A stretch of DNA of 64,000 nucleotides from Eledone cirrhosa. Lineage: Eukaryota. Within the stretch, counting starts at the first letter, position 1, and the number at the start of each line of letters is the position of its first letter. Position numbers and translations under genes: made by a program. Where the stretch lies: contig OZ024757.1 in assembly GCA_964016885.1 (NCBI GenBank), positions 23,870,001 through 23,934,000 on the forward strand, written 5' to 3'. Shown here in pieces: positions 27,533 through 40,349 of this stretch. The notes under the pieces are model-generated. The model made no database searches. It was not told the DNA's origin and saw only the letters and a list, made by a program, of their open reading frames with translations.

Positions 27533-27743
27533 CCAACCCCCGACTCTCAAAAGCGTGAACATAATAAACTTCCATTTGTACTGCCTCTCTGATTTTTGTT
27601 CCTGTCTAATATTTAACAATTTGCCTCAAATAGGACGGAAGGTGGATGATAAACGATGATGATGATGATATATATATATATTTACATACATATAAGCACA
27701 CCCACAATGCTATATACACAATACTTATCTCTGATATGTACTA

Positions 27744-28636
27744 TCTATATATCTAAAACAGAGTGTCTGTCTGTCTGACTTCCTAAAACTCGAGAACCAC
27801 CCAATCGATTGTTTTTAAACTTTACACATGTAATAGTTATGGTCCTGTGAGTGTTTTGAGCAAAATATTTCAAATTTTCAATGTCCTAGGGACCGCATTA
27901 GGTGATTTAGCGATCTCACTCTATAATTCTTAGTCTTTCTTTTTAGATAGATACATAGATATAACGTTGCGCCCTTATATCTGTCTATGTCTCGCTGTCT
28001 GCATTATGACATTATGACGCCATATGTGTGTGTGTGTGTGTGTGTATATATGTATATATAGTGTGTAACGTTTTTCGAAATATTTACTTCTGCGTTCACA
28101 GATTGATATTTTTAGTTTCAGAAGATCCCGTTAAGGGTGAAAGCAACGATTCTTTGCTTAAACTTTAATCTGTTGGGCCTACATAGGGTTAACCGCCAAT
28201 AGATTCAAGCAGCGTCTTTACATGCATACCCATTCTTTTCTTAACCCTTTAAGAAGGAATATGACGTCACTTTCAGCTTATATGTGGAGACTAAAAGACA
28301 ATCACACCCAATATGTTACACTGGGAGATCCTAGCTAAGGCTAGATCGTATAATTGAAATAAAAGACCATGTGACCTCTGCACCGCTGAGACCCTGGAAA
28401 TACTCTACGCTGAAGACCACATATTAAACAAAAAATCTGAGGCAATTTCGGCTTGTAAACATAAATTATATATATATATATATATAATTATATATTCGTG
28501 TACAGGTACTTTTGCATACACAATAACAAAATATGAACAAACGTACTTATTTCACGAGGCTCGATAAAGATAAATATATATCAAATATATAAGAACCCTA
28601 GAGAAAATCCTGAGCAACACCGGGCTCATCTGCTAG
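27744..28636 (+). mobile_element. Non-autonomous Helitron
   Basis: A|TCTATATATCTAAAA...(GTCT)n 5' end; 3' hairpin cctgagcaacaccggg followed by CTAG|T; A-T target, no TSD. Confidence 0.82.
28114..28164 (+). ncRNA. Hammerhead motif with one core substitution (CAGAAGA) inside the Helitron
   Basis: agttt CAGAAGA tccc gttaa gggt GAAA GCAA cgattct TTGC TT^aaact; 5-bp stem I and 5-bp stem III. Confidence 0.6.
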
Positions 28637-29016
28637 TTAAATATATAAATGTTTTAGAGTTCTAATCTGATAGAAATATCTTTTAAGAGAGAGTGTGTGT
28701 TGTTTTTAACTGGCAATGTTTTTAATAAACAATTTAATCAATATAACATTGAACTGAGGAACAATCTCCTTGACAAGGAATGCTTAGAACAATAACAAAG
28801 ACTCATGAAATATTTATATATGTTTGTATATATATATATATATAGAGAGAGAGCGAGAGAGAGAGGGGGGGGGGAGATATTGAACATTAATAATAATGTA
28901 TATATATATACTTTGAATAGAATGTATATGTGTGTTGTTTGTGTATATATATGCGTGAATATATATATATATATATATATATATAAGATCAAAATATATA
29001 TATAATATATAAGATC

Positions 29017-29052
<36 letters not shown>

Positions 29053-29089
29053 TACATATATATATATATAGAGAGGGAGAGAGAGATAC

Positions 29090-29123
<34 letters not shown>

Positions 29124-29151
29124 CGAGATATATGTATATATATATAGAGAG

Positions 29152-29184
<33 letters not shown>

Positions 29185-29254
29185 TACATGTATATTTTAA
29201 ATAGACGCTTATGTGTCTGTGTTATATATCTATGTATATACAAATATGCACGCA

Positions 29255-31200
29255 TCATCAATCAGGCTATATATGGCAGAGTTATACCCAAAGACTGGTG
29301 CAGCAGTATTCTCATAAATTGCTACAAAGGTAAAGGGGATGCTCTGGAGAGGAGCAATTATAGGGGCATAAAACTGATGGATCAGGTTATGAAAGTGGCA
29401 GAAAGAATACTAGCGCAACTAATTAGAGAAAGGATCAAATTAGATGAGATCCAGTTTGGTTTTGTGTCTGGGAAAAGTACAACAGATGCCCTCTTCTTGG
29501 TGAGACAACTACAAGAGAGGTTCTTAGAGAAGAATAAGCCACTATACTTAACTTTTGTTGACCTAGAGAAGGCCTTTCATAGGGTACCCCGATCTGTCAT
29601 CTGGTGGTCCCTAAGGAAATTAGGTGTTGAGGAATGGCTTGTGAGGACAGTGCAAACTTTGTACAGAGGTGCTGTCAGTAAAGTGAGGGTAGGAATGGAG
29701 TTTAGTGAGGAATTCCAGATACAAGTAGGAGTACATCAGGATTCGGTCTTCAGCCTGCTCTTGTTCATTATAGTTCTCCAAGCCATAACAGAGGAGTTTA
29801 AGACTTCTCTATGCTGATGATCTGGTACTTATAGCAGAATCAGGAGAGGAGCTAGAGAATAAATTCTGGCTATGGAAACAGCAGTTGGAATCAAGAAGTC
29901 TGAGAGTAAACCTAGCTAAGACAAAGGTGTTGATAAGTAGAAAAGAGGACAAAACTCTGGTTCCATCAGGGAAATGCCCATGTTCAATATGTAGGAAAGG
30001 AGTTGGCATAAATTCTATAAAATGTACACAGTGCAAATCTTGGGTACACAAAAGATGTAGTGGGATAGCAGGCAAACTAACAGGTAGGGAAAACTATATA
30101 TGCAGTAGATGTACAGGGAAATTTGACAGTAGAAGTCACAGTGGTAGACACATTTTTCAAATGCAGGTAGGACCTATAGAGGTGGTTGATAACTTCCCAT
30201 ATCTAGGTGATAAGATTAGTGAGGGAGGAGAGTGCTCTGGGCCATAGTATCTAGAATAAGGACGGGCTGGAAGAAGTTTAGGGGACTGCTTCCTCTGTTA
30301 ACAAAGAAGGGTTTCTCCCTACGAATGAAAGGCTTGTCATATGATGCCTGTCTGAGATGCGCGATACTGCATGGTAGTGAGACATGGGCAGCAACTGTGG
30401 AAGATATGCGACGGCTGGAGAGAAATGAAGCAAGCATGCTCTGTTGGATGTGCAATGTCAATGTGTGTGAACGACCAAGCATAGAGTTCAGAGAGAAACT
30501 GTGTATAAGGGGGATAGGCTGCAGTGTGCGGGAGAGAAGACTGTGTTAGTATGGACATGTGATGCGCATGGAGGATGACCGCTGGGTAAAGAAGTGCTAA
30601 GAAATCCCAGTAGAAGGAAGACGCAGTCGAGGAAGACCACGAAAAACATGGGCAGAGGTGGTGAGAGCAGACCTCAGATCGCTGAAGCTCATGGAGGCGA
30701 TGACAAGAGACCGTGATGTGATGGAGAGATGCTGTGCTTAATAAGACCCGTATGGGCCAACGACTAACTCTGACTTGAACTCAACATAGGGATAATCAGC
30801 TTTGCCTTACCACACCATCCCTCATATCAGTACCATTGTCTTCTCTAACATGTCACCCATTGTAAGATCGGATCTCATCGCCATACTTCCACAACCGTCA
30901 ACATCATCAACCCCTTCTCCGCCCAGACATTCGGCCATGTGCCAAGGACAAACCCTAGCTCGAACTCAACATAGGGATAATCACCAGTACCTTACCACAC
31001 CATCTCTCATTTCAGTAGCATTGTTCTCTCTGTGTTTTCTCTGTCAGTTATTATTAACTTGTAACCCATTGTAACATTCGATCCTGTAAATATCATGTCC
31101 CACCCATCATCACCCCCACCACCCACCACCACCAAACACTTCGCCATACATCCACAACCATCAACCTCACCAACACCTAACATCCCACCCTAAACACCAC
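29255..31200 (+). mobile_element. Degenerate RTE LINE ORF (RT domain, PHD-like finger, C-terminus)
   Basis: YKGKGDALERSNYRGIKL, QFGF, FVDLEKAF, YADDL (about 29810), GWKKF, HGSETW, GRPRKTW; frameshifts and stops. Confidence 0.93.
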
Positions 31201-31262
31201 ATGTGGGTGTGTATGTGTGTGTGTGTGTTTGTGCAATCAGCCACACCACGTATCCCCACTGG

Positions 31263-31304
<42 letters not shown>

Positions 31305-31770
31305 GTGTATGTATATAATATGTCTGTGCTGGCTGCGTGTATATATATATGTATCTATATGCTTTTACATACACTCTGAACATTAACTTCTTATGACATG
31401 ACCCCCCCCCCCCCTTAACAATCCACTAGCACACATAACACCCCACCCTAAACACCCCGCAACCTTTTTCATCCAGTATCATAAACCACAACACCACCCC
31501 CACCCCACCCACACCACACACAGAAATCAGCCACATCTACATGCCAAACTGTCTTGCGGCAACCACCACCCCGGACACTGCCACCCACTTCAAACCCCCG
31601 CCCCCCGACACCACCAACTTAATACCACCCCCACCCCCTCACATACACTACAGGTAAAAACATCCCTATGAATTAACCCACCAATCAAAACAAACTTCAC
31701 TGACCACCATAGGAACATCAGACTCTCTCATACGGCATGTATATTCATTTTTTTCATTACCATTGTAAGG

Positions 31771-31855
31771 GGTCTGACGAACCGCGGATTACAGAGTCAG
31801 GTCAGATAGATACAGATCGAACCTTGAGCTGATCAGTGGCGAAACGCGCGTCACC
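31771..31855 (+). ncRNA. Type I hammerhead motif with a 60-nt stem II
   Basis: ggt CTGACGA accgcggatt...gatcagtggc GAAAC gcgc GTC^acc, AATAAA at 31860. Confidence 0.7.
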
Positions 31856-32398
31856 AATCAATAAACGTAATGAAGGAGTAACCAATCGTCCTTGTTATTT
31901 TATTTCACTATAATACACTCTGTCTAGCTCTACACCTCGACACAGAAGTGAACCTAGATATCGAGTGCTCACCCAGGAGGTGAACCTACAGTCCTTGGAT
32001 ATATATATATATATCATGACACACGACCGTGACTTCTGGCGTCACGCAGTAATACAGGGTACCCGACCTCCCATGGGTACATGCTGAAGCATATAAACAA
32101 TATGCCCCCCCCCCTCCCCCACCGCAAGGTGGTCATGGAGGTGCCACGGCAAAAAAGCACCCAGCCCACACTGTAAAGTGGACGTGTAGGCGCCACGAAA
32201 AAGCACCCAGCACTCACTGTAAATGAGGTTGGTGTTAGGAAGGGCATCCAGCTGTAGAAATCAAGCCAGATCAGTTCCTGTATGAGCAAGGCATGGTCAG
32301 CTGACCAGACACTGCCCACAACAGGACAACCCGTCTAACCCATGCTAGTGTGGAAGAACGGACGTAAAACGGTGATGATGATGATGATGATGATGATC

Positions 32399-32734
32399 AT
32401 CATCATCATCATTTTACGTCCGCTTTTCCCTGCTTGCAAGGGTGGGACGGGAACTGATTCTGGCTTGATTTCTACAGCTGGATGCCCTTCCTAACACCAA
32501 CCTCATTTACAGTGAGGGCTGGATGCTTTTTTGCCGTGGCACCTCCACGACCACTTTGCAGTGGAATGATAGGGACCCCAGTCCCTATCATCTCATTTCT
32601 ACAGCTGAGTAAACTGGAGCAATGTGAAATAAAGTGTCTTGCTCAAGGAAACAACACATCACCTGGTCCGAGAATTGAACTCACAACCTTTCGATTGCAA
32701 GACCAATGCTCTAACCACTAAGCCATATGCCTCC
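32399..32734 (-). mobile_element. SINE family B (tail-to-tail with an RTE-tailed element at about 32120-32398)
   Basis: (TGA)n meets (TCA)n at about 32398. Confidence 0.88.
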
Positions 32735-32811
32735 ATATATATATATATATATACACATTAAATAGAATGTATATATGTATGTGTGTGTGTTTGTATATAT
32801 TCTAAATATAA

Positions 32812-33000
32812 TCGTTTCTACTTTTGGCACAAGGCCAGCAATTATCCCAGTGTATTACTGGTACTTTATTTTATCGACCCTGTACGGATGAAAGGCAAAG
32901 TTAACCTCAGCAGGATTTGAACTCGGACCATAAAGGGCCGTAACTCTTTGCTGCAAAGCATGGCGTCCGACCCTCTACCGATACTGCCAATCCACTGCCC
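32812..33000 (-). mobile_element. SINE family A
   Basis: Reverse complement of 13667-13855. Confidence 0.88.
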
Positions 33001-33292
33001 TATACTCTAAATATAATGTACATTAGTGTGTCATTTTTAGAGCTACTTTACCATGCCTGCACGAAAAAGCCGGACATGTGTGTGTGTTTATAAGTATGTA
33101 TATGTGTGTGTGTGTGTGTGTATTCAAATGTGTATGAATATAGTATATATATATATACATATAATTGTTTGTATATACATACATATATATACACACTCAC
33201 TCACTCACTCACATATATTATACATATAGATAGATAGACACAAAGAGGGAGAGAGAGAGTTATTGAAATTAATTATATATAATATATTTCTA

Positions 33293-33328
<36 letters not shown>

Positions 33329-33365
33329 CACATGTAAATATATATGTGTATATATATATATACAC

Positions 33366-33407
<42 letters not shown>

Positions 33408-33435
33408 GTATATATGTATATATATATATATGTAT

Positions 33436-33486
<51 letters not shown>

Positions 33487-33833
33487 CATATATATATGTA
33501 TGTATATAAATGTATATACATACATATATATATATGTATGTATATCATCATCATCACCGTTTTACGTCCGTTCTTCCATGCTAGCATGGGTTAGACGTAT
33601 ATATATATATATATATATATATATACTACTGTACGTCTGTATACATATATGTATGTACGTATACATACATACATACTTACATTTAAGTATCTGCCGTACT
33701 AAGAGTGGGAAATGAAATTTCGTTTCATTCTTTTCCATTTATATATATATATATATATATATACATATATATATGTATATATATGTATATACATACCAGC
33801 TCTATCCAGTGGTGAACCAACAAACCTAAATAA

Positions 33834-33872
<39 letters not shown>

Positions 33873-35007
33873 AATACACCTGACAATCCCCACTAGTTCT
33901 AGAAATACAATAGTCTCATGGTTGTTCTATCATTGTCCTGTCATAGTAAAATATTGTCTAATGTTTGTTTAGTTCAGATTTCTATGAGTTTTCTTTATCT
34001 TTCTCTCATATTTCAAAGCCCTCTGTTAGTTCCTTTGCTATCAGTAAAGACACAATGGCAGGACGGAGGGTTAATAAGTGGTGGAGGTGGGTTGGAGGAT
34101 GAGGAACTCTGAAGAATGTCCCTGAGTTTAACAATAGCCAAATGTTTTCCCTGTGAAGTCATCATTGATTTGCACTGAGGGTTTATTTTATTTGAATCCT
34201 TTGTTTAGTAATCCCTTTCATTGACTAAGTTCATGTCAACCTGGGGTTGACCCTTGGCTTCACAATCCTAAGGTTTGGGGTTCCAGTCTCACTGGCCACT
34301 ACTACAAGGCCAGCAATTTTGGGGGTAAAGAGGAAGTTTCTACATGCTTGCTGTTTATTTTAGCGTCCCCCATGGAAAAATGAAGGGTGAAATCAACCCT
34401 GGTGGGATTAAAGAATGAACAACATTTCATGAACCCCTCCTGTGTTTGTCTCCCAGTTTCCATGGCCTGAAGCAACTGAGAGTACAAGACCCCCCCTGGA
34501 CAGGATGCAAGTCCATTGCAGGGCTAAACTCCCAGCTATTGCTGGTACTCGTTTTCAGGTGAGTTTACGGGAGCAACATGAAATGAAGTGTTTTGCTCAA
34601 GAACACAACACACAACCCAGTCCAGGAATCAAACCTACAACATTATGATTGTAAGTCCAACACCCTTACCACTAGGCCACTTGCCTCCACTGAGTATACT
34701 GGAGCAACATGAAATGAAGTGTTTTGCTCAAGAACACAACCCAGTCCAGGAATCAAACCCATAACATTGTGGTCATAAGTCCAACACCCTTACCACAAGG
34801 CCACATGCCTTCACATTCTTTTATGTTTGCCTGGTATTTATTTTATTGTTGATAAACAATCTCCTGACCCCATCCCCAGCAAGATTTTAGGAAATTTCCT
34901 TTTATCGACAGCCAATTGTTTGTACGTAATCCCCAACTTAACCATCCAGACTCTTATCCTTTCCTATTTTACTCTTTTTTATGATGATGATGATGATGAT
35001 CCTGTAG

Positions 35008-35097
35008 TCCTTCATAAACGTAAGAAAAGGGGAAAATTCAATGCTATTGGCCCATTAGCCCTGTGGAATGCCTGCCAAAGTATAGTGAAAGGTGAAG
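35008..35097 (+). CDS. GNL1: GNL1 internal exon (LHKRKKRGKFNAIGPLALWNACQSIVKGE)
   Basis: tgtag| acceptor and |gtaagt donor, phase 1-1; resembles human VLKKSRRRGRGWTRALGPEQLLRACEAITVGK. Confidence 0.8.
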
Positions 35098-36504
35098 GTA
35101 AGTTGTACACTTTAATTGACTTTCTATATAATATTAAGGGTCTTTGGTGTAACGTTACTTGATAGAGTTTGTAGCTTGGAGGTCAGGGAGTTGCTCCTGG
35201 TAGAGCTGATACTTCTCTGAATTGAGAGATCACAGCTCTGATATTATGGACATGTAGTTAGAATGTCTCAGGAAGGAATTGAAATGGTGTTCCTCTGAAG
35301 GATCTTTGGAGTAACGTTACTCAATAGAGTGCATAGCTCGGAGATCAGGGAGTCACTCCAGGTAGAGTCACTATTTCTCTGAATTGAGTCATCTCAGCTC
35401 CAATACTTCGGACATGTGGTTAGAATGTCTCAGGAAAGAATCACTGGACAGATTTTACGGGCAAAACCAGCTGGCAGGGTACCCAGGAGTAGACCCTGAG
35501 CAAGATGGTTGGATAACATCCATGAGCTTGGCTGGTCTCACTTGGGCATCTAGCCATATCAATTGAAGCCTGTTGCTTCTGACAAAACCCTCTAGAAAGC
35601 ATACTTGAGGACTCTGCCTCCTCGACCTTTCCAGGAAGATGACAAGGAAGTAGTAGAAAGATGATGTTAATATCATCGCACTTGTATTTCATTTGTAATT
35701 GTTTTGCACTGTTCTTGGGTTGTCTGTTTACAGAGATGATAAGGATACCTTGATAGCCTCTTGAAAGATTCATAAATTATAGAGAAGTCTCCCCACCTTC
35801 ATAGAAAAGATACCCACACTTTGCTTTGAGAGTGAGATACTTATTAAAAAACAAGTCTAAAGTCTGTCTCAAACCCAGAGATTCATTAGGCCTCGTTTAT
35901 TCCAGTTTCCATGACATTAAGAGACTGGGAGTACAAGACTCCCCTTGAACAGGACACCAGTCTATCACAAAAACACAACACACAACCCAGTTCAGGAATT
36001 GAACTCATGGTATTATGATTGTTAGTCCAACATCCTAACCACTTGTCCACATGCTTTCACTCCTTACCTTTATATAAAGAAATATCTTCATGTCCTTCAA
36101 GCTAGTCATGTGATGACACCCCGTTGTCTCTGAGGACACCCAGTTGTCCCTGAGAATACTCTGTTATCCCTGGTGACATCTTGTTTTCCCTGATGCTGCC
36201 CTGTTACCTTTGAGGTCACTTTGTTATCCATGATAATACCCTGTTATCCCCAAGGATTCACTGGTGACACCCTGTTGTCTCTGAGGCCACACTGTAGTCA
36301 CTAGTGTCACCCTGTTCTTCCTGAGAATACTCTGTTATCCCTGGTGACACCTTGCTTTCCCTGATGCTGCCCTGTTACCTTTGAGATCATTTTGTTATCC
36401 TTGATAATATCCTGTTATCCCCAAGGATTCCCTGGTGACACTCTGTTGTCCAAACCAAGAAGAAACACAACTATGTCACTGTAGTTATCTGTCTTCTATT
36501 TCAG

Positions 36505-36654
36505 TTGATCTGTCTACATGGAAGAAGAAGATCGAAGCTAACACTGGAACAGATGAATCAGATCTTGTCTCTATTGTCCACAATGAAGTCCTTGAAACAG
36601 GTTTCCAGATACATGTCCGATACAAAGATGGAATTGTTACTCTCGGATGTATAG
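36505..36654 (+). CDS. GNL1: GNL1 exon (VDLSTWKKKI...RYKDGIVTLGCIG)
   Basis: tttcag| ... |gtaagt; matches human VDLSSWREKI...RYKDGVVTIGCVG. Confidence 0.93.
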   Translation: MICLHGRRRSKLTLEQMNQILSLLSTMKSLKQVSRYMSDTKMELLLSDV

Positions 36655-36684
36655 GTAAGTACAACTTTATAAGTATATTGTCAA

Positions 36685-37380
36685 AAAGTGCCAAGTCCAC
36701 ACTGTGAAGTGGTCTTTCTGGTGCCACAACAAAAACTGCCCAGTCCACACTGTGAAGTGGTCTTTCTGGTGCCACAACAAAAACTGCCCAGTCCACACTG
36801 TGAAGTGGTCTTTCTGGTGTCACAACAAAAACTGCCCAGCCCACACTGTGAAGTGGTCTTCTGGTGTCACAACAAAAACTGCCCAGTCCACACTGTGAAA
36901 TGGTCTTTCTGGTGCCACAACAAAAACTGCCCAGTCCACACTGTGAAGTGGTCTTTCTGGTGCCACTACAAAAAGTGCCCAGTCCACACTGTGAAGTGGT
37001 CTTTCTGGTGCCACAACAAAAACTGCCCAGTCCACACTGTGAAGTGGTCTTTCTGGTGCCACAACAAAAACTGCCCAGCCCACACTGTGAAGTGGTCTTT
37101 CTGGTGCCACAACAAAAACTGCCCAGTCCACACTGTGAAGTGGTCTTTCTGGTGCCACAACAAAAAGTGCCCAGTCCACACTGTGAAGAGGTCTTTCTGG
37201 TGCCACTACAAAAAGTGCCCAGTCCACACTGTGAAGTGGTCTTCCTGGTGCCACAACAAAAAGTGCCCAGTCCACACTGTGAAGTGGTTGTTCTGGTGCT
37301 ACAACAAAAACTGCCCAGCCCACACTGTAAAGAGGTCATGTTAGTGACCGATAAAAAGGGCCCAGTCCACAATGTAATGT
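36685..37380. repeat. 48-bp minisatellite (about 14 units) related to a SINE module
   Basis: Unit agtccacactgtgaagtggtctttctggtgccacaacaaaaactgccc; 16-aa periodic ORFs. Confidence 0.95.
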
Positions 37381-38004
37381 GATCATTTTGGTGTTTTGAA
37401 GCTGACTTCAATGTTTCTTCAGTCAGTTTTAATTCCCTCTATGACTAAAAGTTAAAAGTTGAAGACTATTCTAAGCTGAAGGTTCATCAGACTGGTGCTT
37501 ATCTCCAGTTTCCTTGCTGTTAAGCAACTAAAAGTACAATATCCTAACCATTGGGCCACATGGCTTCACTATCAATGAGAAGAAAATAGTTTTATTTATA
37601 TGGAAGTACAGACTAAACAGCATTAGACATAAATACTGCTTCAAATTTTAAAAGAATGAATTCTCATCCAACCCATCCCAAAATGGAGAGGAGACATAAA
37701 AATGATGATGAGGAGGAAAGATTTATGATTGCATTATCTAAACGTATCCTTCCATTCCTTAAGCTTACAAGGTGTGATTTGTAGGGGGTTTCGGCTGCTG
37801 TGTCTGGTAATTTGAACAAGCATGTAGAGGCTAGTTAGCTGCATTGAAGAATGTTCATAGGGAGGGAGAGAGATATGATGGAAGATCAAATGAGGGGGTG
37901 AGTAAGTTGAGGATTAGTATGTACCTTTAATTGTTTAAAGTATAATTTGAGAGTGGGAGGGTATTTTGGCTGCTATTTCTGGTAATTTGAACAAACATGT
38001 AGAG

Positions 38005-38316
38005 CAGTGTTTATCAACCTTTTTACCCTTGTGGAACCCTTGAAATCATTTTCATGTCTCAGAGGACACCTACATAACAATTACTATATACCATTATTAA
38101 TATCTCTTTTAGAGGTTGAAACCTTTATTATAATAACCTTTATTCTAATAACGAAGGATTTTCCAACAGTGTGCTGTATATGTTTAGTAAAATTACGGAT
38201 AGAAAATTTAAAAAAATTACTCAAAAATACATAGGCTTTTTTATCACTGTTTCTCGTGGAACCCCTACCTCTTGCAGAACCCTAGGGTTCCAAGGATTAC
38301 CCGTTGAGAAATGCTG
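38005..38316. mobile_element. hAT MITE
   Basis: CAGTGTTTATCAAC ... GTTGAGAAATGCTG with an exact 8-bp TSD ATGTAGAG. Confidence 0.9.
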
Positions 38317-38426
38317 ATGTAGAGGCTAGTCAGCTGCATTAAAGAATGTTCACAGGGAGGGAGAGACATATGATGGAAGAGCAAATGGATTGAGTTAGGT
38401 GAGGATTAGTATGGCCCTTTAATTCT

Positions 38427-38644
38427 TTAACCCTTTAGCATTTAAACTGGCCGTATCTGGCCAGAGTTCTCTCACCTCTTTCTGTTTAAACCGACCATAA
38501 CCAGCTGTAACTGGCCACTCGACATTAAGGTATTGTTCTCGATATAAATAATATCATCAAAATCTCATAGATTCCATATTATGTGCGATAAAACCTTTAC
38601 CAGGAAAATATAGTACTAGAATAATGTAAATGCTAAAGGGTTAA
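38427..38644. mobile_element. piggyBac-like MITE
   Basis: TTAA|CCCTTTAGCATTTA ... TAAATGCTAAAGGG|TTAA. Confidence 0.88.
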
Positions 38645-39044
38645 AGTATAATCTGAGGGTGAGTGGAATTTAGGCTGCTATTTCTGCTAATTTGAATGAG
38701 CATGTAGAGGCCAGGCTGGCATATTTAAGAATGTGTGTAGGAGAGAGATAAGGTAGAAGAACAATTGAAGGGTGTAATTAAGGTGGGAGTTTGTAGAGTG
38801 AAAAGATTTTTTAAATGTAGACCCCCCACCACCACCAGTTTCTTAAACATGGCTAAGCCTATTTAATCTTTATTTCAATGTAGATAAAACTAATTTCTTT
38901 TTATTGATAAGAACAAGAACAGATTAGTCATAAATAGGATTAAAACTGGCCAAGGAACAATTAAATCAAGTTTAGAAGCCATTGATGAATATATTTACCT
39001 GACTGTATGTTTAGAATACAGTCCAATATTTATGGGTGTGTGTG

Positions 39045-39107
<63 letters not shown>

Positions 39108-39437
39108 ATATATGTATAAATAAACATATAGTGATATGTGTTTAATCATAGGGGATCAAAAACCACCAGAGTGACAAGCATATTACCTACAGAAGGAGTG
39201 GTGAATACAAATCAATAAAAAGAATATATTAAAGAGTATTAACCACCCGATTATTACAATACCCTGGACATGCTCAAATGAGAGTATGTTTCGCTATAAA
39301 AAGTGAAGAATCCATATTGTAGATGTAACTCATTGGTGGGTGCCTAGCAATACGATCAACACTTCTAAAGGGGATTAATGTGAGTTTTTAACTCTATTTT
39401 CTAATTTGATGTATATGTATATATATATATGTATGTA

Positions 39438-40345
39438 TCATCATCATCATCATCATTTTACGTCTGGTTTTCCTGGCTTACAAGGGTGGGACGGGTCCTT
39501 TTCAACACAGCATCTCTCCACTTGTCACGGGGCTTCATCATCTCCTCCATGAGCTTCAGCGATCTGAGGTCTGCTCTCACCACCTCCGCCCATGTTTTTC
39601 GTGGCCTTCCTCTACTGCATCTTCCTTCTACTAGGATTACTTGGCACTTCTTTACCCAGAGGTCATCCTCCATGTGCATCACATGTCCATACCATTGCAG
39701 TCTTCTCTCCCGCACACTTATCCCTCTTAACTCATCTATGCTTGGTCGTTCACACACATTGACATTGCACATCCAACGGAGCATGCTTGCTTCATTTATC
39801 TCCAGCCATTGCAGATCCTCTGCAGTTGCTGCCCAAGTCCCGCTACCATGCAGTATTGCGCATCTCACACAGGCATCATATAACCGGCCTTTCGTATGCA
39901 GGGAAAAACCCTTCTTTGTCAACAGAGGCAGCAGCTCCCTAAACTTCTTCCAACCTGTCATTATTCTAGATACTAGGGGGCGGTGGATTGGCAGTATTGG
40001 TAGAGGGTCGGATGCCATGCTTTCCAGCATAGTTACGTCCCTTTACGATCTGAGTTCAAATCCCGCCGAGGTTGACTTTGCCTTTCATCCTTACGGGGTC
40101 GATAAAATAAAGTACCAGTAATGCACTGGGTAATTGCTGGCCTTGTGCCTAAAGTAGAAACAATTATTCTAGATACTATAGCCCCGGAACACCCTCCTCC
40201 CATGCTAATCTGATCACCTAGGTACCGGAAGCTATCAACCACTTCTATAGAACCCACCTGCATTTGAAAATTGTGTCTATCACTGCGATTACTACTGTCA
40301 CATTTCCCTCTACATCTACTGCATACGTATTTTTCCCGACCTGTT
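39438..40345 (-). mobile_element. RTE LINE 3' fragment interrupted by SINE A
   Basis: EVVDSFRYLGD...GWKKF...GRPRKTW and a (TGA)n tail; same family as 29255-31200. Confidence 0.9.
39976..40162 (+). mobile_element. SINE family A with a 16-bp TSD
   Basis: attattctagatacta at 39960-39975 and 40163-40178. Confidence 0.93.
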
Positions 40346-40349
40346 ACCC

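Noticed and set aside
36485-37411. Periodic Cys-rich ORFs on both strands
   Set aside because: Product of the intronic 48-bp minisatellite
39275-39340. Hammerhead-like remnants here and at about 11825-11870, 50860-50895, 61125-61185 and 62110-62150
   Set aside because: Core bases mutated and stems I/III not recoverable; at most decayed relatives, so not listed as features
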